Under the pieces are notes generated by a model that was not told where the DNA came from, did not search any database, and worked only from the letters and a program-made list of their open reading frames with translations. A stretch of DNA of 64,000 bases, taken from positions 8,781-72,780 of the forward strand of contig CALKIW010000120.1 of assembly GCA_937995875.1 (NCBI GenBank). The letters run 5' to 3'. The position numbers were made by a program, and so were the translations under genes. Position 1 is the stretch's first letter. Each line of letters begins with the position of its first letter. Shown here in pieces: positions 57,811 through 64,000 of this stretch. Source of the DNA: an uncultured Bacteroidales bacterium. Its GTDB lineage: Bacteria > Bacteroidota > Bacteroidia > Bacteroidales > Bacteroidaceae.

Positions 57811-58404
57811 TTATTCCATTTCAAGAAAATTAGCTAATATTCGCTCACCCACATCTCCGCTTTTCTCCGGGTGGAATTGTGTGGCCCAGAAATTGTCTTT
57901 GTGCAGGGCAGCTGAGTAGGGCAGTATGTAATTTGCCTCGGCGATTGTGAAATCACATGTCGGTACATAGAAACTATGCACAAAATACACGTAGCTTTCC
58001 TTCCCAATGCCATCAAACAAGGTGGTTTCTGCGCTACGCAGAACATTCCACCCCATTGCCGGCACTTTTTCTTCATGACTTTTCGGCCGAAACTGCTTCA
58101 CGTCTACGGGAAATATCCCGATGCAATCCACATCACCTTCTTCAGAGTGCCGGCACAGGAGCTGCTGTCCAACGCAAATGCCTAATACTGGTTGTCGCAG
58201 GTCACGAATCAGTTTGTCAAGATGGCGTTCATGGAGATATGCCATTGTAGTTTTGGCATTTCCCTGTCCGGGAAACAATACATGATCGGCTTTTTGCAGC
58301 TTTTCGGCATCGTCGGTCACCTCCGGCACCACCCCCAACCGTCTTAAGGCGTTGATCACTGAGAATATGTTGCCGGCATTGTATTTGACGATTGCTACAT
58401 CCAT
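57811..58404 (-). CDS. hisH: Imidazole glycerol phosphate synthase glutaminase subunit
   Basis: GICVGQQLL (the nucleophile Cys) and FHPEKS (His/Glu), a class I amidotransferase. Confidence 0.92.
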   Translation of the reverse strand: MDVAIVKYNAGNIFSVINALRRLGVVPEVTDDAEKLQKADHVLFPGQGNAKTTMAYLHERHLDKLIRDLRQPVLGICVGQQLLCRHSEEGDVDCIGIFPVDVKQFRPKSHEEKVPAMGWNVLRSAETTLFDGIGKESYVYFVHSFYVPTCDFTIAEANYILPYSAALHKDNFWATQFHPEKSGDVGERILANFLEME

Positions 58405-58409
58405 ATTTT

Positions 58410-59273
58410 CTAACTAAAGATGATGGTCTTGTTGTTGTATGTCAGAATCTTGCGCTGAATGTGCTTTGTGACAGCACGCGACAGGACGATCTTTTCCAGG
58501 TCTTTTCCCTTGAGCATCAAAGATTCCGGAGTGTCTTTGTGCGACACCCGCATCACATCTTGTTCTATGATGGGGCCGGCATCAAGTTCCGCCGTCACGT
58601 AATGACTGGTTGCCCCTATAATCTTTACACCCCGCTCCCACGCCTGATGATAGGGTCTGGCCCCCACGAAAGCGGGTAGGAATGAGTGGTGTATGTTGAT
58701 GATGTGGTGCGGATACTTTTCAATCATGTCGTCGCTGATAATTTGCATATACCGCGCCAGCACGATGAAAGTCACTTTTTCCTTTTCCAGCAATTCCATT
58801 TCAGCAGCTTCTACTTCCGCTTTGTTGCTGTGATCTTTCTTTATGGACCATACATAATAAGGTATGTCAAATTGATCGGCAACGTATCTGAGGTTTTCAT
58901 GATTGCTAATGATACATGGTATTTCCACGTCCCACTCTCCTGCTTTGTAACGGGCCAGTAAGTCGTAGAGACAATGGCTCATCTTGCTCACGAAGATGGC
59001 CATGCGTGGCTTCTCCTCATTGAAATAGAGACTGAACGTCATTTTGTAACGTTGCGAGTATAGGGTCTTGATATAATCTTCTATCTTGTCTTTGGGAATC
59101 ATGAATTTTTCGAATTCCCATTCCAATCTCATAAAGAACATACCATCTTCCCGATCAACATATTGATCGAGATATACGATATTACCCTTGTTGTCGGTAA
59201 TGAATTTGGTGATTTCGGAAATAATTCCCGGCTTATCTTGACAGTGTAAAAGCAATACAGCTGTTGGCTTCAT
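58410..59273 (-). CDS. purU: Formyltetrahydrofolate deformylase
   Basis: An N-terminal ACT domain and a formyltransferase core (NIHHSFLPAF..., GATSHYVTAELDAGPII). Confidence 0.9.
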   Translation of the reverse strand: MKPTAVLLLHCQDKPGIISEITKFITDNKGNIVYLDQYVDREDGMFFMRLEWEFEKFMIPKDKIEDYIKTLYSQRYKMTFSLYFNEEKPRMAIFVSKMSHCLYDLLARYKAGEWDVEIPCIISNHENLRYVADQFDIPYYVWSIKKDHSNKAEVEAAEMELLEKEKVTFIVLARYMQIISDDMIEKYPHHIINIHHSFLPAFVGARPYHQAWERGVKIIGATSHYVTAELDAGPIIEQDVMRVSHKDTPESLMLKGKDLEKIVLSRAVTKHIQRKILTYNNKTIIFS

Positions 59274-59296
59274 TTGAAAACATTTTATTAATAGTG

Positions 59297-59304
59297 CAAA
59301 TTTA
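59297..59304 (-). promoter_or_regulatory. -7 promoter motif (TAAATTTG) upstream of purU
   Basis: Plus-strand caaattta lies 24 nt upstream of ATG 59273. Confidence 0.45.
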
Positions 59305-59481
59305 CATAATTTCTTTTAGAATCAATAGATAATGAAAGAAAAATGCACTATTTTTCTCCAATTTGTAAAGGAAGGCGGCTCTTTACTGTGACAAAGTGTA
59401 TGATTTAGTGAGGAATTAAGTTTCTTGTCTGCCCATTGCGATGCGCGGTGCCTCTGTAAACAAAGGCGCGGTTAAGTATAT

Positions 59482-60003
59482 TTACTCCTCTTTCTGGATA
59501 TTGAAAATAATGGAAGTAGCACCAATGGTAAACAGTGTTCCGTCGTAGATAACCCTTCGTTCACGGTCTTCGAGAATTTCAGTGTTTACGAATGTTCCGG
59601 TATTGCTCGGTCCGTCTCGCAGAATGTATTTGGTATTCCCTTTTTTATCCCGGCTGGCATTGATGACACAGTGTGTGGGGTCGATGCTTGGGTCATCGGT
59701 CATGATGGGGCAGTCGATGTTCGAGCCATTCATAAACCTGCCTATCACATTGTCGCCCATGAAGATGGGGATAACCTGTTTGTAATGAAATACATTCTCT
59801 ATAACATGAAGATAGCCACATATTTCCCGTTCCGGTTCCTCGTTTTCCTGCTCAGGCTGCTTATTTTTTGAGTTTCCTGCCAGCCGTATCGAAAATTTCT
59901 TGTTACAGTTCGGACATGTGAAAGCCAGAATCTGACCCGGCGAATAACTCGTTTCGTCAAATGTAATATAATTGCTGCATTTGGGACAACGTAGTCTTTT
60001 CAT
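59482..60003 (-). CDS. Zinc-ribbon plus FHA domain protein
   Basis: The N-terminal part is CPKCSN...CPNCNK (MJ0042-type ribbon), followed by an acidic linker. The C-terminal FHA-like part is GDNVIGR...ILRDGPSNTGTFVN...LFTIG. Confidence 0.7.
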   Translation of the reverse strand: MKRLRCPKCSNYITFDETSYSPGQILAFTCPNCNKKFSIRLAGNSKNKQPEQENEEPEREICGYLHVIENVFHYKQVIPIFMGDNVIGRFMNGSNIDCPIMTDDPSIDPTHCVINASRDKKGNTKYILRDGPSNTGTFVNTEILEDRERRVIYDGTLFTIGATSIIFNIQKEE

Positions 60004-60011
60004 TTATATCA

Positions 60012-61034
60012 TTAGTATTTCATTACCCATGCATCTTCAAACTCCCGATGTTTCCTGAGTTTGTTGAGGCTGTTATAGGCTTCTTCCTGTGTGGCATACA
60101 TTCCGTATACCACCCTGGTGTTTGTTTTTGTTGTATATACCTCTGCGTCGTTCAAGCTGGCTTTGTGAAGCTTATCGACGTATGCACTTGCATTTTTCTT
60201 GGTCACCTTGCTTGCCAATACAATAGTGAAGCCACTTTTTCCTTCTGCCTTGCCAACGGCATTTTGTTCTTTCAACCCAGCTGGGCGGATATTCTTTTGG
60301 CTTGCCTTGACAGCCGCTTCCGTTTGCTTTTCTCCCATAGTTATATCCTTGGGCATAACGTAATCCAACAGCCCCGTGTTCACTTTGCTTTGTATAAGTT
60401 GGGCGTTGTTGTTGGCCAAGGGAGCAGGAATCAATAGGAATATGATAAACGCAACGCAGGCCACAGCGATATTGCGCCATAGGGTAGTGAAGGCACTGTT
60501 TGTTTCCTCCTGCACCTCCTCCGCTGGCATACTGACCACAGTGTCAAGTTTGGCAACCTGTGCTTCTATGGGGTGTAGCTGCACAATCTTTGCCGTCTCA
60601 CTGGCCTCTATTTGCGTCAAAGTTTTGAACTCATAATAGCTGAGACCATAGAGCGATGGCGTGAGTATACCTGCACTGCATGGCTCAAACTCATAGTCTC
60701 CGTTCTTGTTGAGCCTTAGGGTCCCGATACTGTTCATCTCATATTGCTCGTCGTGGGCAAGATGTTGTTTCAGTTCACGCACCTCGTCTTCGATGCGTGC
60801 AATGGCATCCGGATAACTGATGTCATACACTTCGACATACGATTGGGCCAGAAGCGAATCGTTCAACGTGAGTTTGGGGTTGAATCCGACAGTACGCATA
60901 GGCGGGAGAAACGCGCAGTCTCTCTCGTCTTTTCTTGCTTCAACATAATGTGCCATGAATCCTCCAAAATGGGGAATGATGACGCAGTCGTTGTCAAGCA
61001 GCAGTAGCTCTATGTGTCTGTCAAGTTCCATCAT
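60012..61034 (-). CDS. HU-like (HU-CCDC81 type) N-terminal domain, TM and C-terminal SPOR domain protein
   Basis: HIELLLLDNDCVIIPHFGGFMAHY is the bacterial HU-CCDC81 signature. A TM (IAVACVAFIIFLLIPAPL) follows, then a C-terminal SPOR-like part (FTIVLASKVTKKNA...VVYGMYATQEEAY). The start was set at MMELD (61034). Confidence 0.65.
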   Translation of the reverse strand: MMELDRHIELLLLDNDCVIIPHFGGFMAHYVEARKDERDCAFLPPMRTVGFNPKLTLNDSLLAQSYVEVYDISYPDAIARIEDEVRELKQHLAHDEQYEMNSIGTLRLNKNGDYEFEPCSAGILTPSLYGLSYYEFKTLTQIEASETAKIVQLHPIEAQVAKLDTVVSMPAEEVQEETNSAFTTLWRNIAVACVAFIIFLLIPAPLANNNAQLIQSKVNTGLLDYVMPKDITMGEKQTEAAVKASQKNIRPAGLKEQNAVGKAEGKSGFTIVLASKVTKKNASAYVDKLHKASLNDAEVYTTKTNTRVVYGMYATQEEAYNSLNKLRKHREFEDAWVMKY

Positions 61035-61107
61035 TGATTGCAAAGATAATGCAAACGAGTGCAATGAAAGTTACTTTCAAATTGCCGAGTGCATTGTTTA
61101 TCTTGTG

Positions 61108-61115
61108 CAAAGATA
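61108..61115 (-). promoter_or_regulatory. -7 promoter motif (TATCTTTG) upstream of the HU/SPOR-FHA pair
   Basis: Plus-strand caaagata. A second copy at 61041-61048 is too close to the ATG to serve it. Confidence 0.35.
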
Positions 61116-61454
61116 GTAAATTAATATTAATTGAACAAGGCTTGGTAACGAAAAAAATAAAAAAGAAAAATAAATATTTCCGGTTGTTTGTTTCCTGAAA
61201 ATATGATGTATATTCAGCCCTTGATATTATAAAAGATGTGTGGCTCTTGCATTAGGATTGATGCGGCTGGGAGGAAGGTATTCGATTAGTTTTGTCATGA
61301 TAGAAAGGTGTGGTATGATGTTCTTTTTTTCTGCTGTGCGTATCATGCTGACAGACAGATTATATGGGATGTTTACTGAATGGCGCGTTTTCAAAAAAAT
61401 CCCCGAATATTTCAGATTAAACGGGCAAATTCCTTTTTATCTCATAAAATATCG

Positions 61455-61462
61455 TATCTTTG
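61455..61462 (+). promoter_or_regulatory. -7 promoter motif (TATCTTTG) upstream of the lipoprotein gene
   Basis: tatctttg overlaps the track ORF start (61460), so the real start must be the downstream ATG at 61490. Confidence 0.45.
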
Positions 61463-61489
61463 CATGGTCATTTTGACAAGAATATAACA

Positions 61490-62281
61490 ATGAATTATAA
61501 GATTTTTTTGTCGTTGATATGCGGACTGTTACTGTCCTCGTGTAAGGACAGCCGCCCCAAGCCATTTGTTTCGCAGGAAGACGTCAAAGCTAAGAAGATG
61601 TTGCAGGGAATATGGATTAATGAGGAAAACCAGAGTGTGGCTTTCCGTGTGGAGGGTGACTCCATTTTCTATCCCGACAGCACTATCCAACCGGTTTCTT
61701 TTCGGATGATCGAAGACACGTTTGTGTTGCATGGCGCCGGCGACGTCAAATATCCTATATTGAAGCAGAGCCCCCATTTGTTCGTTTTCCGCAACCAGAA
61801 TGGTGATGAGGTAAAATTAACGTTGAGCAACGACGTTGAAGATGAGGCACTTTTTTCAAACAAACACCCTAAACCGCTTAACCAAAACCGGGTGATTAAG
61901 CGCGACACCATAGTTTCGTACGGAGATGCACGCTATCATTGTTATGTGCAGGTGAATCCAACGACCTACAAGGTTGCTAAGAGCACCTATAATGACGAGG
62001 GAGTGGAGGTTTATAATATTTATTACGACAACATTGTAAACCTACATATTTTCAACGGCAGCCGGAAGCTGTTCTCAAGCGATTTTCATAAGAGTGATTT
62101 CGAGTCAATAGTTCCTCCGAAATTCTTGGAGCAGGCCGTTTTCAGTGATTTGATATTTAGAGCTATAGATGCTCAAGGCGTGCATTATGTGGCTTCGCTT
62201 GTCATTCCTGATTCTATGAGCAGTTTCGAAGTAAGAGTCACCGTGTCTTTCGATGGAAAACGGCATATCGCTGTGCTTTAA
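61490..62281 (+). CDS. Hypothetical lipoprotein
   Basis: MNYKIFLSLICGLLLSSC is a signal peptide with lipobox. I recognise no catalytic motif. Confidence 0.6.
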   Translation: MNYKIFLSLICGLLLSSCKDSRPKPFVSQEDVKAKKMLQGIWINEENQSVAFRVEGDSIFYPDSTIQPVSFRMIEDTFVLHGAGDVKYPILKQSPHLFVFRNQNGDEVKLTLSNDVEDEALFSNKHPKPLNQNRVIKRDTIVSYGDARYHCYVQVNPTTYKVAKSTYNDEGVEVYNIYYDNIVNLHIFNGSRKLFSSDFHKSDFESIVPPKFLEQAVFSDLIFRAIDAQGVHYVASLVIPDSMSSFEVRVTVSFDGKRHIAVL

Positions 62282-62287
62282 AAGAAA

Positions 62288-62333
62288 ATAGCTTATGAGA
62301 ATCTCCTGTTGTGTGGAAGGTCTCATAAGCTAT
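62288..62333. terminator. Bidirectional terminator hairpin between convergent genes
   Basis: atagcttatgaga / tctcataagctat forms a perfect 13-bp stem with a 20-nt loop. Confidence 0.55.
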
Positions 62334-62358
62334 AGAGTCCGCTTAATATTCCGACTGT

Positions 62359-63552
62359 TTACTCCAATATCTTGGTCATGGTCATGGCCGAAATCAATCC
62401 GTCCGGATTGATGGTTGCCTTGATACGGTAGCGAGCCTCCGTTTCCTTGCTCACATCCGTGCGTTCAATCTTTTGGATGGCGGCGACATCAACGGTATAT
62501 TCGTATTGTTCATCGCCAATTTCTTTTTTGCTTATTTGGTAGTCGTTGTCGAGATGCCAGTTCATGTTAGTAATATCTTCCTTATATATCTTGTTCATGA
62601 ACGTCACCACGTCGGCCCTGCTTGCGTCCCTCTTGCCAAGAAAATTAGCCATAATAGGGGTTACCGATGATTCCAGCTTCTCTTCGTCCCGGACATTCAC
62701 GCTTAGGAAAAAGCGACGCATCGATGCCGTCACCAATTCCTTGTCTTCTCTTTGCACCGTTTTGGCTTTGATTTCCTTCAGTGCTGCGTTGGCCTCGTCT
62801 ACGTGCTCGCCGTTGGCGTGACGTGCGAGGTACAGCTGCATGGCTTCTATCGAATTTTCGTTGGATGCTTCGGCCCAATCAATGGAGTCAATCTTGTGTC
62901 TGGCCTCAACAGCGTGCTCCGAGTCGGGGTTTTTGACCAGATAATATTCCAGTGCGGTCCTGGAATCGCTCATAAGGGCGTTGATCCAATCGGCGTCCTG
63001 TTTTTTTAGGTCGTTGAGTTGTGCCATGATGGAGGCACGATGATCCTCAGGTGCGTCCAAGTTATTGTTGAGATAGGTCTGCAACACTTGCACGTCATCA
63101 CTCTTCAAGGCGAACGCATAGGCCTCATTCTCTTTCTTTATTTTGGCACTGTTAGAACAGTAAAAAACGATACCGCTTATCAGCAAGGCGATGCAAAGAG
63201 CTACGATATAAATAATCGTTTTTCTCTTTTTAGGCTTTAGATCCTTTTGGCGGTCGTTTGTTTCAGTCGGTTTGGAGATCGGAGGAATGGGGGGTATGGT
63301 TGTTGTCGAAGTCGTTTGTTGCGAGGTCGGGTGGTGTTCCTGTTTTTGTTTGGTTTCATCCGGTGCTTCGACTTGCTTCGAAACATACGTAGCATGATGA
63401 CATTTGGGGCAGTAGTCCAGATTGCTGAAATATACTTCACCGCATTGTGTGCATCGTGTAATCTTCCCCGTGATTTCCACTCCGCAGTGAGGGCATACGG
63501 GAGCCTTGTCGCTGATTTGCTGTCCACATTCGGGACATTTGATGATAGCCAT
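62359..63552 (-). CDS. Double zinc-ribbon membrane protein with a helical extracytoplasmic domain
   Basis: CPECG...CPHCG and CTQCG...CPKCH ribbons are followed by a Pro/Thr-rich linker and a TM (IIYIVALCIALLISGIVFY). A roughly 260-aa C-terminal domain follows. Confidence 0.6.
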   Translation of the reverse strand: MAIIKCPECGQQISDKAPVCPHCGVEITGKITRCTQCGEVYFSNLDYCPKCHHATYVSKQVEAPDETKQKQEHHPTSQQTTSTTTIPPIPPISKPTETNDRQKDLKPKKRKTIIYIVALCIALLISGIVFYCSNSAKIKKENEAYAFALKSDDVQVLQTYLNNNLDAPEDHRASIMAQLNDLKKQDADWINALMSDSRTALEYYLVKNPDSEHAVEARHKIDSIDWAEASNENSIEAMQLYLARHANGEHVDEANAALKEIKAKTVQREDKELVTASMRRFFLSVNVRDEEKLESSVTPIMANFLGKRDASRADVVTFMNKIYKEDITNMNWHLDNDYQISKKEIGDEQYEYTVDVAAIQKIERTDVSKETEARYRIKATINPDGLISAMTMTKILE

Positions 63553-63590
63553 AACGTCTTGATTCTGTGTATAGTTGTTGCTCTATAAAT

Positions 63591-64000
63591 CTATTTGTGT
63601 CGGAACCTTATTTCGCGTAGCTTGTGGTCTCCCATGAATCGGCTCTTATCCACGTAGCCGTTAATTCCGTTGAGATGCCCCTTGCCGGTGTATTGCCAGA
63701 GAATGAAGTCGAGGTCGTCTTTCAGAACGGGAACGCGTTCTGTGTATTGCGCAATCATCACTTTGTAACTGCCGAGCGACCCCAGTAGATACCTGTCGTA
63801 GAAGTTGGCTCCCGTGTATATGAGGGGTTTTTGCTTGTAGGCTTTGTCCACAAGGTCCAGGAACTTAAAGAGAGAGTCGCGGAACGCGTCTATCGACAGT
63901 CCGTTGGTTGTCTCTACGTCTATCATGGGCAGGAGATCCTGATCTTCGGGTCTGCATTGTGCCATAAAGTTTTCCAACTGAGTTTGTTGGGGCGTCTTGG
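63591..64000 (-). CDS. GH25 muramidase (lysozyme), C-terminal part. The 5' end lies beyond the right edge.
   Basis: LLPMIDVE...PLIYTG.NFY...ILWQYTGKGHLNGINGYVDKSRF follows the GH25 pattern. The frame stays open upstream of the TTG at 63977 to the window edge. Confidence 0.7.
   Translation of the reverse strand, partial: KTPQQTQLENFMAQCRPEDQDLLPMIDVETTNGLSIDAFRDSLFKFLDLVDKAYKQKPLIYTGANFYDRYLLGSLGSYKVMIAQYTERVPVLKDDLDFILWQYTGKGHLNGINGYVDKSRFMGDHKLREIRFRHK

Noticed and set aside
61041-61064. The longer start (ATG 61064, MHSFALSLQS...) for the HU/SPOR gene, and the TATCTTTG copy at 61041-61048 as its promoter.
   Set aside because: HU-CCDC81-type proteins begin right at the M(M)ELDRHIELLLL helix. 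The motif at 61041 would lie inside the longer ORF and only 7 nt from the shorter start, so the upstream copy at 61108-61115 is the more plausible promoter.
44000-64000. An impression that the right-hand third (metH to the end) is somewhat more AT-rich than the left half, which might hint at a compositional boundary.
   Set aside because: Spot counts of a few 60-nt lines varied widely within both halves and I cannot compute a sliding window. The gene content there is core metabolism, so I do not claim an island.

Overview
This 64-kb window looks like a core-chromosome segment of a Bacteroidota genome, probably Prevotellaceae-like. The assignment rests on gene content and on a TAnnTTTG -7 promoter motif found 20-60 nt upstream of most predicted transcription-unit first genes. 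I support about 58 protein-coding genes, almost all housekeeping. They include the non-oxidative pentose-phosphate pair (tkt-rpiB), rpoD, ptb-buk and an AAA_28-CYTH gene followed by two tandem deoxynucleoside kinases. A DoxX-gnd-zwf-pgl string lies next to rubredoxin, a flavodiiron protein and an FMN reductase. Further on are eno, a Y-family polymerase with a YolD-like partner, ispE, dnaB and a leuA-leuC-leuD-cimA-like-leuB operon. The right half carries mtaB, hppA, metF-metH and a long minus-strand string (purU-hisHAF-hisIE-ftsE-lysC-lysA) ahead of envelope and division-type proteins. I found no rRNA, tRNA, CRISPR array, transposase or integrase, and no convincing multi-gene defence-like or otherwise clearly novel system. 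The items most worth a second look are listed below.
- A family of structured ~250-nt intergenic repeats with four copies, at ~4.7, 16.0, 28.3 and 38.5 kb.
- An Ile/Leu-rich leader peptide plus intrinsic terminator (a candidate attenuator) upstream of the leu/citramalate operon.
- An in-frame TAA that splits a lipoprotein gene.
- A long heptamer-built palindrome that starts on the gnd stop codon.
- A membrane-anchored Hanks-type pseudokinase next to a repeat-bearing envelope protein.
- An orphan 3' fragment of a glycoside hydrolase downstream of rpoD.
Gene starts were re-assigned from the ORF track where N-terminal homology, promoter position or coupling indicated an internal start. All function calls come from motif recognition by eye, not from database searches.
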